DNA of 64,000 nucleotides from Betaproteobacteria bacterium (GTDB lineage: Bacteria; Pseudomonadota; Gammaproteobacteria; Burkholderiales; Burkholderiaceae_C), in the NCBI GenBank assembly GCA_031417735.1, contig JANOWE010000174.1, positions 2,358 through 66,357 of the forward strand, written 5' to 3'. Within the stretch, counting starts at the first letter, position 1. Every line of letters begins with the position of its first letter. The position numbers and the translations under genes are program-made. Under the pieces are notes generated by a model. It made no database searches. It was not told where the DNA came from and saw only the letters and a program-made list of their open reading frames with translations. This document shows, in pieces, positions 27,777 through 38,535 of this stretch.

Positions 27777-28862
27777 ATGGCCGACCACCCGATTCTGCGC
27801 ATCGAGCCCCTCGACTTCCCGTGGCAGACGCTGGATCCCTTCCTGTTCTGCGTCCACCATGATGACGCCTATCCACCCGGCAACGCCCAGTTCGGACCGG
27901 CGGCCAGCCTGGCCGGGCGCCAACTGGGCCAGGACTTTGCCGGGCTCGACGGCTGGCGCATGTACCACGGGCTGAGCGTGCCGGGCTTTCCGGCGCACCC
28001 GCACCGAGGCTTCGAGACCGTGACCATCGTTCGCCAGGGTCTGATCGACCATGCCGACTCATTGGGTGCGGCGGCCCGTTTCGGCGCTGGCGACGTGCAA
28101 TGGCTCACCGCCGGCCATGGCATCGTGCATGCCGAGATGTTTCCGCTGCTCGACCAGGCCGCACCGAACCCGCTCGAGCTGTTCCAGATCTGGCTCAACC
28201 TGCCGGCGCGCAGCAAGATGGCCGCGCCGCATTTCACGATGTTCTGGTCGGACCAGATTCCTCGGCAGACGGCCACCGACGCTGAAGGCCGTCTGACCGG
28301 GATCGCCTGCATTGCCGGCTCGCTGGCGGGCGCGCAGACCCAGCCGCCGCCACCGCCGCCCGACTCCTGGGCCGCGCAGCCGCCGTCGGACGTGGCGATC
28401 TGGACGCTCAGGATGGCGCCCGGCGCGTGCTGGACGCTGCCCGCAGCGCAGGGCCAGGACAGCCGGCGCATGCTTTATTTCTTCAAGGGTGAGCAGGCCA
28501 GTCTGGCCGGCCAGCGGGTAGACGTGCAGCAGGCGATCGAGCTGCGCGCCTCGCAGGCGGTGGACATCGTCAATGGCAGCGTTGGCGCCGAGTTCCTGCT
28601 GCTGCAGGGCAAGCCCATTGGCGAGCCGGTGGCGCAGGCCGGGCCCTTCGTGATGAACACGCGGCAAGAGCTGGAACAGGCCTTTGCCGACTTCCAGCGC
28701 AGCCGCTTCGGCGGCTGGCCCTGGCCGGACGAAGCGCCTGTGCACGGTGCGCCGCGCGGCCGCTTTGCGCGCCATGCCGACGGCCGAATGGAAACCCTCG
28801 CCGAGTCGGCGGCGGCAGCGGGTCTGGATCAAGCTGCCGGCCGGCCTCACCCTGGAGTGTGA
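27777..28862 (+). CDS. Pirin-family (bicupin) protein
   Basis: DPFLFCVHH; HPHRGFETVT; DHADSLG; QWLTAGHGIVHAE; GPFVMNT. Confidence 0.92.
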   Translation: MADHPILRIEPLDFPWQTLDPFLFCVHHDDAYPPGNAQFGPAASLAGRQLGQDFAGLDGWRMYHGLSVPGFPAHPHRGFETVTIVRQGLIDHADSLGAAARFGAGDVQWLTAGHGIVHAEMFPLLDQAAPNPLELFQIWLNLPARSKMAAPHFTMFWSDQIPRQTATDAEGRLTGIACIAGSLAGAQTQPPPPPPDSWAAQPPSDVAIWTLRMAPGACWTLPAAQGQDSRRMLYFFKGEQASLAGQRVDVQQAIELRASQAVDIVNGSVGAEFLLLQGKPIGEPVAQAGPFVMNTRQELEQAFADFQRSRFGGWPWPDEAPVHGAPRGRFARHADGRMETLAESAAAAGLDQAAGRPHPGV

Positions 28863-28941
28863 AAACCCAGTCAATTTGGTGGCGCCGCCGTCATGGGCGC
28901 CCCCGCACACCATGAGGCCTGATGCCCGGACCCCAACCACC

Positions 28942-29766
28942 ATGAGCACGCCGACTGACAAGACCGAAACGCCCCAGCGTGGCATCCAGAGCATCGAGGT
29001 CGGTGGCCAGTTGCTGCATGCCCTGGCCCACCAGAGCCGGCCGATGGCGCTGAAGGACCTGGCCGCAGCGGCGGGCATGGCCGCGGCCAGGGCCCACCCC
29101 TACCTGGTCAGCCTGGGCAAGGTGGGCCTGGTCGAGCAAGAGCGCGCCAGTGGCCGCTACGGCCTGGGCCCGCTGGCCCTGCAACTGGGGCTGATGAGCC
29201 TGCAGCAGATCGACCCGGTGCGCCTGGCCACGCCGCTGCTGGACGATCTGGCGCAGCACACCGGCCACACCATCGCGCTGGCGGTGTGGGGCAGCCGGGG
29301 CCCGACCATCGTGCTGCTGGCCGAGTCTCCCGCCGCCGTGCATGTGAACATGCGCCTGGGCACGGTGTTCTCCATCGCCGGCACGGCGTCGGGCCAGCTG
29401 TTCGCCGCGCTGCTGCCGGCCGATCAGGTGCGCCCGCTGTACGAGGCCGAGCGCCAGACCCGCGCCCTGCCGACCTGGGCCGCGTTTCAGAAAACCACGC
29501 TGGCCGAGGTGCGACACCAGGGTCTGGGCCGGTCGGACGGCGCGGTGGTGGCCGGGGTCAGCGCCATGTCGGCGCCGGTGTTCGACCACCGTGGCCAGGT
29601 CGTGCTGGCCATCACCGCCATCGGCCCGTCGGCGGCGCTGGACCTGGGCGCAGACGGCGCACCGGCCAGGCTGCTGGGCGAGGCCGCCGCGTCGGTGTCG
29701 ACCCGGCTGGGCCACCGCCACAACGCTCCCATCCACAGCCCGCCCATGAACGGAAAACAGCCATGA
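28942..29766 (+). CDS. IclR-family transcriptional regulator
   Basis: N-terminal HTH ([10 protein letters not shown]...AHPYLVSL...GRYGLG); C-terminal effector domain [11 protein letters not shown]. Confidence 0.9.
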   Translation: MSTPTDKTETPQRGIQSIEVGGQLLHALAHQSRPMALKDLAAAAGMAAARAHPYLVSLGKVGLVEQERASGRYGLGPLALQLGLMSLQQIDPVRLATPLLDDLAQHTGHTIALAVWGSRGPTIVLLAESPAAVHVNMRLGTVFSIAGTASGQLFAALLPADQVRPLYEAERQTRALPTWAAFQKTTLAEVRHQGLGRSDGAVVAGVSAMSAPVFDHRGQVVLAITAIGPSAALDLGADGAPARLLGEAAASVSTRLGHRHNAPIHSPPMNGKQP

Positions 29767-30260
29767 ACCGCGTGAACCGCATGAACCGATCACACCGCCT
29801 TGCCGCGCTGGCGCTGCTGGGCCTGGCCAGTGCCGGCCTGGCCCGTGCCGAGACCATCGGCTCGGTGGACACCGCCTTCAAGCTCATCGGCCCCGACCAC
29901 AAGGTGGTCGTTGACGCCTACGACGACCCCGGCGTGAAGGGGGTGACCTGTTTTGTGTCGCGCGCCAAGACCGGCGGCATCAGCGGCGCGCTGGGCCTGG
30001 CCGAAGACAAGGCCGAGGCCTCGATCGCCTGCCGCCAGGTCGGCCCGATCAGCTTTGCGCGGCCGGTGCCCAAGCAGGAAGAGATGTTCTCCGAGCGCAT
30101 CTCGCTGATCTTCAAGCGTCTGCGCGTGGTGCGCATGGTCGACAGCGCGCGCAACACCCTGGTCTACCTGACCTACTCCGACCGGCTGATCGACGGCTCG
30201 CCGAAGAACAGCCTGACCGCCGTGGCGGTGGACCGGGGCACGCCCATACCCGTGAAGTGA
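29763..30260 (+). CDS. creA: CreA-family protein (exported)
   Basis: Signal peptide, then [46 protein letters not shown] and GSPKNS. ATGA overlap with IclR. Confidence 0.88.
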   Translation: MNRVNRMNRSHRLAALALLGLASAGLARAETIGSVDTAFKLIGPDHKVVVDAYDDPGVKGVTCFVSRAKTGGISGALGLAEDKAEASIACRQVGPISFARPVPKQEEMFSERISLIFKRLRVVRMVDSARNTLVYLTYSDRLIDGSPKNSLTAVAVDRGTPIPVK

Positions 30261-30300
30261 GCGTGCAATGCGCCCCGGCAGCCGTCACGCTCAACGGCGC

Positions 30301-33300
30301 TCAGCGTGCCTGCGCTGCCTGCAGCAGCTCGGCGGCCTGAGCAAAGTCCAGCCCGTCCAGCGCCTGGCGCAACGCGCGGTGGCGCTGCTCGCCCAGTTGC
30401 CCGCGCAAGGCGCTGTCGGCGGCCTGCAGCTCGGCCAGCGCGGCCAGGTCTTGCCGTCGCAGCAGGTCGACCAGCCGGGCCAGGGCCTGGGCCGACAGTG
30501 GCGGCGCCGGTGGGCCCACCGGCGCTGCGGCCCGGCGCTGCGCCAGCCAGGGTTCGGCGGCCTCGCCCAGCGCCTGCAGCGCGGTGGCCAGGGTGCGCAT
30601 CGCGGCAGTGGCCCCGGCGTCGTCGCCGCCGCGCAGGGCCTGCTCGGCAGCGTCGGCCGGCAGCGCCACGCCCTGCGCGGCCAGCAGGCCGGCACCGCCG
30701 CGCAACTTGTGCAGCCGGGCGGCCAGCGCATCGCGCTGCTCGGGCGGCATGGGCTGTGGCCAGGCCGGTGGCATGCTGAAGTCGGCAAACTCGGCCAGCA
30801 GGCGCTGCAGTGTGGACGCCAGCAACGCCTGGTCGCCGCCCAGGCGCACGGCGGCCTGCGCGGTGTCGATGCCGGCGATGGGCGGCCAGCCTGCAGCCTC
30901 GGCAGGGGTGGCGGGCGCAGGCGCCAGGCCGGGCTGCACCGGCCAGGGCTTGCCGTGCAGCCGGTCCATGTGCCGGCGCAGCGTGCGGATCAGAGCGGCC
31001 GGTTCCAGCGGTTTGGCTACGAAATCGTTCATGCCGGCGGCGATGGCCAGCACCTGCTCGCCGGCCAGCGCGCCGGCGCTGAGCGCGATCACCGGCAGCT
31101 CGGCCAGGCCGGGCAGTTCCCGCAGGTGGCGGGTGGCGCTGTAGCCGTCCATGCCCGGCATCTGCACATCCATCAACACCAGATCTTGCGCCTGCGGCTG
31201 CAGGCGCAGCGCGGTCACCGCCTCGCTGCCGTCGCGGCACAGCGTGACCACCGCACCCTCGCGCTGCAGGATGCGCCTTGCCACCTCGCGGTTGATCTCG
31301 CTGTCGTCCACCACCATCAGACGCAGACCGGGCAGCCAGCGGCAGTGCACGGTGTCGAACCGGGTCGCCAGCGCCAGCCGCTCCTGGCCGCCGGGGCTGG
31401 CTGCCATGGCCGCGCTGAGGGCGTTGAACAGCGCCGAGCTGTCGGCCGACGGCGCCAGCCGGGGCGGGGCGGCCGGGTCTGGCGGTCCGGCCGGGTCGGT
31501 CGGGTCGGCATCGGTGGAGGCCATCGCCACCAGCGCCGGCCACTGTTGGGCGTCCAGGCGCTGGCGCAGCGCAGCCAGGTCGTGCTGCTGCGCCAGCAGC
31601 AGCTGGTCGTCGGCCAGCAGCGCGTGGGCAGGCTGGCCACGCGCGCAACGCTGTGCCAACGCGTCGGCCAGGGTCATCTCGGCGTTCAGCACCTCGGCCT
31701 GCCAGCCGAAGCCGCCGGCCAGCTCGGCCAGGCGCCGGGCATGCGCGGCGTCGGTGCTGGCCACCAGCAGCCGCAGGCTGTCGGGGCCGGCGGCCAGGTC
31801 GCCGGCGCGCGGGCGCCGCAGCGCCAGCGTGAGGACAAAGCGGCTGCCCTGGCCGGGGCTGCTGTGCACCGCCACCTCGCCGTCCATCATGCGCAGCAGC
31901 CGGTAGACGATGGACAGGCCCAGGCCCGAGCCGCCGAAGCGCCGCGTGGTCGACGCATCGCCCTGGGTGAAGGGACTGAACAGCCGCGACTGCAGCTCGT
32001 CGGACATGCCGATGCCGGTGTCGATGACCTCGATGCACAGCGGCACCCGGCTCGCCCGGTCCGCTTCGTCCGCGTCCGCGCCCGCACCCGCTACGGCGCT
32101 GTGGCCTGCCGCAGGCGCCGGCGCGTCGGCCAGCGACAGCCGCACCGTGACCTGGCCCCGCTCGGTGAACTTCAGCGCATTGGCCACCAGGTTGGACAGC
32201 ACCTGGCGCAGCCGCAGCGCATCACCCAGCAGCGGGTCGGGCAGGTCGGCCGGCAGCTCAAGGCGCAGCGCCAGGCCCTTGGTGCGGGCGCTGCTGCGCA
32301 GCATGTCGACCACATCGCCCACCAGCCGCGGCAGGCTCAGCGGCGCCTGTTCCAGCACCATTTCGCCGGCCTCGATGCGCGACAGGTCCAGCACATCGTT
32401 GATCACCGACAACAGCAGCCGGCCCGACAGCTGCAGCTTGGCCATCAGGTCCTGCTGTTCGGCATTCAGCGCGGTGTGCTCCAGCAGGTAGGCCAGGCCC
32501 AGCACCGCGTTCATCGGCGTGCGGATCTCGTGGCTCATGGTGGCCAGGAAGTCGCTCTTGGCCGCGTTGGCGGCCAGCGCGGCGTCGAGCCGGCGCAGCG
32601 CCTCGTCGGCCTGGCGGCGCTGGCTGATGTCCTGGAACGCGCCCACCAGCCGCAGCACCGGGCCGGGGCTCTGGCCGTCGGCAGCAGGCGCGCGCTCGGC
32701 CTCGCCCACGGTGCGCACCCAGATCGCCCGACCGCGCGCGGTCACGAACGGCAGCTCCAGGTCCCAACCTCGACCCTGTTCGACCGCGTCGCGCACCGCG
32801 CGCTCGATCACCGGACGCGCCTGTGGCGGGTAGAACGACAGCCCGTCCAGCAGCTGCACCTGCACCTCGTCGTCCACATCGTGGATGCGGCGGGTCTGGG
32901 TCGACCAGGTGATGGCACCGCTGGCCACGTCCAGCTGCCAGCCGCCCACGCCGGCGACCCGGCCCACCCGTTCCAGAAAGGCCTCGCTGTCGGCCAGGCG
33001 CCGGCGGCCCTCGGTGATTTCGGTCACGTCCTGCACCAGCTCGTAGGCACCGTGCACCTGGCCGTCCACCACAGCGGGCAGGCAATGCATCAGCCAGTGG
33101 CGCAGGCCACCACCGTCGGCGCGCTCCAGGCTGAGCTCGACGCGACCCCGCTCACCAGCCAGCGCGGCCTGCAGCCAGGGGCGGACCTGGGCCAGCAACT
33201 CGGCCGGCATCAGCTCGCCGATGCTGCGCCCGATCGGTGACGGCGCACCGGCGCCGAAGCGCTCGCGGTAGGCGCGGTTGGCAAAGCGGTTGACCCACTG

Positions 33301-34887
33301 CCGGTCCCAGTAGCCCAGCATCGACGGCACCGCGTCGAGGATGGTCTGCAGCTCCAGCCGCGCCGCCTCCAGCTGCGCGGTGCGCTCGGCCACCTGCTGT
33401 TCCAGCTGGCTGTTGAATGCGCGCAGCTGCGCTTCAGCGCGCTGGCGGTCGCTGGTGTCGCGCAGCGTGTGGCCGATGCCCACCATCTGGCCGGCGCTGT
33501 CCAGGATGGCCGAACTGCTCACCTCCAGCGGCACGCCCTGGCCGTCGCGGTGCAGGCCCTGCAGCTGGCGCAGCGGCAGCCGTTGGCCGGCGCGAAGGCC
33601 CTCGAAGGCCTTCAGCTCGTCGGCGCGGTGACCGGGCGCCAGCAGCAGTTCAGTCAGCGGCTGGTCCAGCGCCTGCTCGGGCCGGTGGCCGAAGATGCGC
33701 TCGGCGGCACGGTTCCAGCTGCTGATGCGGCCGTCCAGCCGGGTGCTGATGATGGCGTCGCTGGCGTTGTCGACGATGGTGGCCAGCCGGCGCTGGCCTT
33801 CGCGCGCCACCGCCTTTCGCCGGCGGGCCAGCAGGTGGGCATACAGCAGGCCGGCGGCCAGCACGGCCGACAGCGCGCCGGCGGCGAACACCGTGGTCGG
33901 CTGCAAGTGGCGGTGGCGCTGGACAAAAGCTGGCGCGGCACGCATGGACATGCGCCACGGCCGACCGTAGACGGTGCGCATGCGCTCACGCTGCAGGCCG
34001 GCGACGGCCGGCGCTTCGGGCGCACCGGTGGCTTCGGCCACCGCGTCCTGCGCACCGCCCACCGGACCATAGAACGGCAGGCCGGTGCTGCCGGGGCCGG
34101 CATCGGCCAGGGTCAGGGACAGGGCGGTCAGCTGTGGCCGCAGGCTCACCAGCACATCCTCGATCACCAGTGGCGTGTACGACCAACCGTCGGTAGCCGC
34201 TTCGCGCTGCTCGGCGTCAGCCAGCGGCATGCCCGGGCGGTAGATCGGCAGCAGCACCAGAAAGCCCTGCCGGGGCCGCCCGATGGCCTGCAACAGGGTG
34301 ATGGGCTCGGTGATGGCGGGCGCGGACTGCAACATGGCCCGGCGCGCGGCGCTGCGGCGGTTGCCCTCGGACGCAATGTCCAGCCCCAGCGCAAACAGGT
34401 TGGCATGCGCCGGCTCGATGTACTGGATGATGTAGCGGTCACCGTCGTGCGGCGCCAGCTGCTGCAGCGTGAAGCCGGGCGCACCGTCGGCCCGCGCGGC
34501 GGCCAGAAAGGCATCGGTCTGCGCCGGCGGCACGCGGCGGATGACGCCGAAGCCCAGCGCGCCGGGAAATTCGGTCGGCAGGTCGCGTGACTGGTGGTAG
34601 ACGCGAAAGCGCTCGCGCTGCATCCGGTCCAGGCCCACGGTGAGCACCGCTCCGCGCACGCCGCGCAGCCCATATTCGTAGGTGTGCAGCCGTTCCACCA
34701 GGGCGTCGGCCAGCGCGTCGACCTCGACATCGAAGGCCTTGTCCAGCCCGCGCTGGTTGTCTCGCTTCTGCCAGAGCGCACCGACGGCGGCCAGCAGCAG
34801 GCCCAGCAGCAGGGCCAGCCCGGCGCGACGGGCCGGGCTGGCGCGCAGCAGCGGGCCCAGGGCGGCCACCACGGTGCTCCGGTTCAC
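30301..34887 (-). CDS. Hybrid sensor histidine kinase: CHASE-PAS-PAS-PAS-HisKA-HATPase-(pseudo-REC)-REC-HPt
   Basis: TM, then CHASE (FPGALG, YIEP, LGLDI); PAS motifs SWNRAAE and GWQLD; H-box MSHEIRTPMN; G-boxes DTGIGM and GGSGLGL; REC LMDVQMPGMDG; HPt HKLRG. Confidence 0.92.
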   Translation of the reverse strand: MNRSTVVAALGPLLRASPARRAGLALLLGLLLAAVGALWQKRDNQRGLDKAFDVEVDALADALVERLHTYEYGLRGVRGAVLTVGLDRMQRERFRVYHQSRDLPTEFPGALGFGVIRRVPPAQTDAFLAAARADGAPGFTLQQLAPHDGDRYIIQYIEPAHANLFALGLDIASEGNRRSAARRAMLQSAPAITEPITLLQAIGRPRQGFLVLLPIYRPGMPLADAEQREAATDGWSYTPLVIEDVLVSLRPQLTALSLTLADAGPGSTGLPFYGPVGGAQDAVAEATGAPEAPAVAGLQRERMRTVYGRPWRMSMRAAPAFVQRHRHLQPTTVFAAGALSAVLAAGLLYAHLLARRRKAVAREGQRRLATIVDNASDAIISTRLDGRISSWNRAAERIFGHRPEQALDQPLTELLLAPGHRADELKAFEGLRAGQRLPLRQLQGLHRDGQGVPLEVSSSAILDSAGQMVGIGHTLRDTSDRQRAEAQLRAFNSQLEQQVAERTAQLEAARLELQTILDAVPSMLGYWDRQWVNRFANRAYRERFGAGAPSPIGRSIGELMPAELLAQVRPWLQAALAGERGRVELSLERADGGGLRHWLMHCLPAVVDGQVHGAYELVQDVTEITEGRRRLADSEAFLERVGRVAGVGGWQLDVASGAITWSTQTRRIHDVDDEVQVQLLDGLSFYPPQARPVIERAVRDAVEQGRGWDLELPFVTARGRAIWVRTVGEAERAPAADGQSPGPVLRLVGAFQDISQRRQADEALRRLDAALAANAAKSDFLATMSHEIRTPMNAVLGLAYLLEHTALNAEQQDLMAKLQLSGRLLLSVINDVLDLSRIEAGEMVLEQAPLSLPRLVGDVVDMLRSSARTKGLALRLELPADLPDPLLGDALRLRQVLSNLVANALKFTERGQVTVRLSLADAPAPAAGHSAVAGAGADADEADRASRVPLCIEVIDTGIGMSDELQSRLFSPFTQGDASTTRRFGGSGLGLSIVYRLLRMMDGEVAVHSSPGQGSRFVLTLALRRPRAGDLAAGPDSLRLLVASTDAAHARRLAELAGGFGWQAEVLNAEMTLADALAQRCARGQPAHALLADDQLLLAQQHDLAALRQRLDAQQWPALVAMASTDADPTDPAGPPDPAAPPRLAPSADSSALFNALSAAMAASPGGQERLALATRFDTVHCRWLPGLRLMVVDDSEINREVARRILQREGAVVTLCRDGSEAVTALRLQPQAQDLVLMDVQMPGMDGYSATRHLRELPGLAELPVIALSAGALAGEQVLAIAAGMNDFVAKPLEPAALIRTLRRHMDRLHGKPWPVQPGLAPAPATPAEAAGWPPIAGIDTAQAAVRLGGDQALLASTLQRLLAEFADFSMPPAWPQPMPPEQRDALAARLHKLRGGAGLLAAQGVALPADAAEQALRGGDDAGATAAMRTLATALQALGEAAEPWLAQRRAAAPVGPPAPPLSAQALARLVDLLRRQDLAALAELQAADSALRGQLGEQRHRALRQALDGLDFAQAAELLQAAQAR

Positions 34888-35840
34888 GGCAGACGCAGGC
34901 GCTGGCCCGCCGGCGCGGAAGGATCAGCGTCGGCCTGCGCACTGGCGACGCGGGCCCGGCCGCCATGCTTGGCCGCGTACAGCGCGCGGTCGGCCGCCGC
35001 CAACAATTCGGCGGCGCTGAGCTCGGCGACGGCGTCGGCCACCGAACTGCTGGCCACACCGACCGACACCGTGACCACCGGCGCGGTGGCCGACGCCGCA
35101 TGCGGCAGCGCCAGCGCGGCCACCGCCTGGCAGAGCGCCTGGCCGACCTGTATCGCGCCGGGGTGGTCGGTCTCGGGCAGCAGGGCCACGAACTCCTCGC
35201 CCCCGTAGCGCGCCACCAGGTCGGCCGGACGGTGCGCGGCCTGTGCCAGCGCGCCGGCCAGCCGCTGCAGGCAGGCATCACCGGCGGGGTGGCCGTAGTG
35301 GTCGTTGAAGCGCTTGAAGTGGTCCACGTCGACCATCAGCAAGGAAAGCGGCAGCCCGTTGCGGTGGGCGCGCTGCCATTCCAGCGCCAGCGCTTCGTCG
35401 AAGCGCAGGCGGTTGGCCACGCCGGTCAGGCCATCCAGCGTGGCCTGGCGGCGCAGCGCGTCGGTCAACTGCTTCAGGCGCAGCTGGGCGCGGACACGGG
35501 CCTGCACCACCGGTTCACGCGGGGGCTTGCGGATGAAGTCCACCGCGCCGGCGGCCAGCGCCTGCAGCTCGGTGCCCAGGTCCTCATGGCTGGTGACGAA
35601 GATCACCGGCACCTGCGCCAGCAGCGGGTCGGCGGCCAGGGTGCGGCACAACGCCACGCCGCTCATGTCGGGCAGATCGGCGTCCAGCAGCACCAGGTCG
35701 GCCGGCCAGCGCGCGAGCTGCTGCAGGCCGCTGCGCCCGTCCAGCGCAAAACGCACCTCGCCCAGCGGAGCCAGCATGCGACCCAGCACCTGCACCGACG
35801 CCGGGTCGTCGTCGATGATCAGCAGGCGCTGGCCAGCCAT
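34884..35840 (-). CDS. Response-regulator diguanylate cyclase (REC-GGDEF)
   Basis: REC IIDDD...LLDADLP; DGLTGVANR; DVDHFKRFNDHYGH; I-site RPAD; GGEEF. Confidence 0.93.
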   Translation of the reverse strand: MAGQRLLIIDDDPASVQVLGRMLAPLGEVRFALDGRSGLQQLARWPADLVLLDADLPDMSGVALCRTLAADPLLAQVPVIFVTSHEDLGTELQALAAGAVDFIRKPPREPVVQARVRAQLRLKQLTDALRRQATLDGLTGVANRLRFDEALALEWQRAHRNGLPLSLLMVDVDHFKRFNDHYGHPAGDACLQRLAGALAQAAHRPADLVARYGGEEFVALLPETDHPGAIQVGQALCQAVAALALPHAASATAPVVTVSVGVASSSVADAVAELSAAELLAAADRALYAAKHGGRARVASAQADADPSAPAGQRLRLP

Positions 35841-35846
35841 GCCGGT

Positions 35847-37421
35847 TCAGCCCGCCGCGTCCGGCGCCTGGCCGGGCAGCACCAGCGTGAAGCAGCTGCC
35901 CTGGCCCGGCGCGCTGCGCACCAGCAGCCCGCCCTGCATGGCCTGGACCAGGGTGCGGGTGATCAGCAGGCCCAGGCCGACGCCTGGCGTGGCCGAGCTC
36001 TGGCCCAGGCGATTGAAGGGCTCGAACAACGCGGCCTGTTGCTGGGCGCTCAGGCCGGGACCCTGGTCATGCACGGCGATGCGCAGCTCGCCCTGCTGCT
36101 GGCTCAGCTCGACCAGGACCTGGCCCCCTTGGGGGCTGAACTTCAGCGCATTGCCGACCAGATTCAGCAGGCACTGCTGCAAGCGCCGCCGGTCGCAGCG
36201 CAGGCCCAGCGTGGCCGGCTCGGGCAGCCGCTGCAGCAGCACGCCGGCACGCTGGGCCTGCGCCGACAGCGTGTCGAGCGCCTGCTGCACGATGTCCACG
36301 GCGTCGGCCTCGCCAATGTCCAGGGTGAAGTGGCCGGTTTCCAGCTGGCGCAGGTCCAGCAGGTCATGCAGCAGCCGCTGCAACTGGCCGCCGGCCTGCT
36401 GCAGCAGCTGCAGCCGTTGCAGATGCACAGGCGGCAGCGGCTGCTGCGGGTCCATGGCCATCAGCGCGGCCATGCCCAGCATGCCGTTGAGCGGGTTGCC
36501 GATCTCATGCGCCACATAGGCCAGCATCAGCGACTTGCCGGCGCTGGCGCTCTCGGCCGCCGCGTGCGCTCGTTCGGCACTGACGGCGCGCTGGTGGCCC
36601 TGGGCGCGCTCGTCGAGCACGCGTTGCTGCTGCACCTGGCGCAGCCGCAGCAGGTTGCGCACCCGGGCCTGCAGCACCACCGGGCTGAAGGGCTTGCCGA
36701 TGAAGTCGGTGGCACCCAGGGCCAATGCCCGGGCTTCGTTGTCGACGTCGCTGAAGCGGGTGACGAACAGCACGCAGGGCTCGCCCAGCGCAGGGTCTTG
36801 CAGCAGGCGCTGGCAGACGTCGAAGCCGTCCAGCCCCGGCATGTGCAGGTCCAGCACGACCAGGTCGGGCAGCACCTCGCGCGCCATCGCCAGCGCGCCT
36901 GCGCCTTGGTCGGCAAAGTACAGCTGCGCGCCGGTGGGCACCAGCGCCTTGCGCAGCGCCAGCACCGCGCTGGGGTCGTCGTCCACGATCAGCACGCGCT
37001 GCACTTGCAAGGCTGGCGCCGGCGTCGGCACCGACAAGCCGGTGGCAGCGGGCTGGCGCCGCAGCACCGCCTGCACCCGTGCCAGCACCTGCGCCGGCAG
37101 CAGTGGCTTGGTCAGGTAGTCCACCACGCCCAGTTCCAGCGCCGCCACTTCGGCCGCCGCGTCGGCGCGGCTGGTGGCCACCACCACCGGCACCTGGGCC
37201 AGCGCGGCGTCGGACTGCAGCGCGCGGCAGACCTCGAAGCCGTTCAGCCCCGGCATGTTCAGGTCGAGCACGATCAGGTCGGGCCGCTGCAGATGAGCCA
37301 GCCGCAGGGCGTCGCCACCGCTGGTGGCAAAGCGCAGGTCGCCCTGCCCGCCCGGCATGCCGGCCAGCGCGTGGATGGCGCTGGGGTCGTCGTCCACCAA
37401 CAGCAGTTGTTTGCGGTCCAT
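35847..37421 (-). CDS. Soluble hybrid kinase REC-REC-HisKA-HATPase
   Basis: Two receivers (LDLNMP, LDLHMP); H-box VAHEIGNPL; NALKFS; DQGPG; GVGLGL. Purine-rich RBS before MDRKQ. Confidence 0.88.
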   Translation of the reverse strand: MDRKQLLLVDDDPSAIHALAGMPGGQGDLRFATSGGDALRLAHLQRPDLIVLDLNMPGLNGFEVCRALQSDAALAQVPVVVATSRADAAAEVAALELGVVDYLTKPLLPAQVLARVQAVLRRQPAATGLSVPTPAPALQVQRVLIVDDDPSAVLALRKALVPTGAQLYFADQGAGALAMAREVLPDLVVLDLHMPGLDGFDVCQRLLQDPALGEPCVLFVTRFSDVDNEARALALGATDFIGKPFSPVVLQARVRNLLRLRQVQQQRVLDERAQGHQRAVSAERAHAAAESASAGKSLMLAYVAHEIGNPLNGMLGMAALMAMDPQQPLPPVHLQRLQLLQQAGGQLQRLLHDLLDLRQLETGHFTLDIGEADAVDIVQQALDTLSAQAQRAGVLLQRLPEPATLGLRCDRRRLQQCLLNLVGNALKFSPQGGQVLVELSQQQGELRIAVHDQGPGLSAQQQAALFEPFNRLGQSSATPGVGLGLLITRTLVQAMQGGLLVRSAPGQGSCFTLVLPGQAPDAAG

Positions 37422-37672
37422 GCCTTCTTCTCCAGGCGCCGCCATGGGGATGGACAGGGTTGGGTTGAGTCTTGAGGCAATGCCTGGCGAACTGCAAGCG
37501 CCAGCGGTCCGAATGTGCGGCCCTGATTTGCCGCCCGGAAAGGCCACCCGGATAGGCGGCCCGTCCGTGCGTCCCCATCGGCCGCTGACCACAATGCTAT
37601 CAGCCGGCGGACCGCACTCTGGCCCGGCGTTGCCTGTCGGCGCAGGCCCGCGCCCGCAGGCGCAGCCCCGGC

Positions 37673-37990
37673 ATGCCACAAGCCCATGCCAGACTCTGGC
37701 GCCTGCCCGCCAGCGCCAGCGCCACCGCCACCGCCAGCGCCACCGCCACCGATGACCACCCTCCCGCTCAGCCCCCCAGGGCCTTCATGACCCTGCTGCT
37801 GGTGGCGCTGATGTTCGGCGCCAACCACGTGGCGGCGCGCATCGCGCTGGACCATGGCGTGAACGTGGGCACGGCGGTGGCCGCGCGCAGGAGGTGGCGA
37901 CGCTGGACGGGCGTTTTCGCACCGTGCTGACCATGGCCCTGGTCGGCGCGCTGGCGCTGGCAGGCACGCTTGTCAGGGTCTTGCCGAGGA
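37673..37990 (+). pseudogene. Remnant of a DMT/EamA transporter (N-terminal TM1 fused out of frame to an internal segment)
   Basis: [33 protein letters not shown] resembles a DMT N-terminus. It then shifts frame to [23 protein letters not shown], and no remainder follows. Confidence 0.5.
37708..37749. repeat. Hexamer tandem repeat CGCCAS x7
   Basis: Read directly; encodes ASASATATASATAT in the remnant frame. Confidence 0.75.
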
Positions 37991-38031
37991 AGGCATCATG
38001 CAAAGCCCTTCACCGCCCAGGACTGCACGCC

Positions 38032-38531
<500 letters not shown>

Positions 38532-38535
<4 letters not shown>

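Noticed and set aside
29763-29789. 9-bp tandem repeat (ATGAACCGC/GTGAACCGC/ATGAACCGA) at the creA start
   Set aside because: Only three units encoding MNR/VNR/MNR in a signal-peptide n-region; too short for CRISPR or a contingency locus.
37708-37749. Hexamer repeat as a possible CRISPR or phase-variation tract
   Set aside because: No spacers; the unit length is a multiple of three; it lies in a pseudogene remnant.
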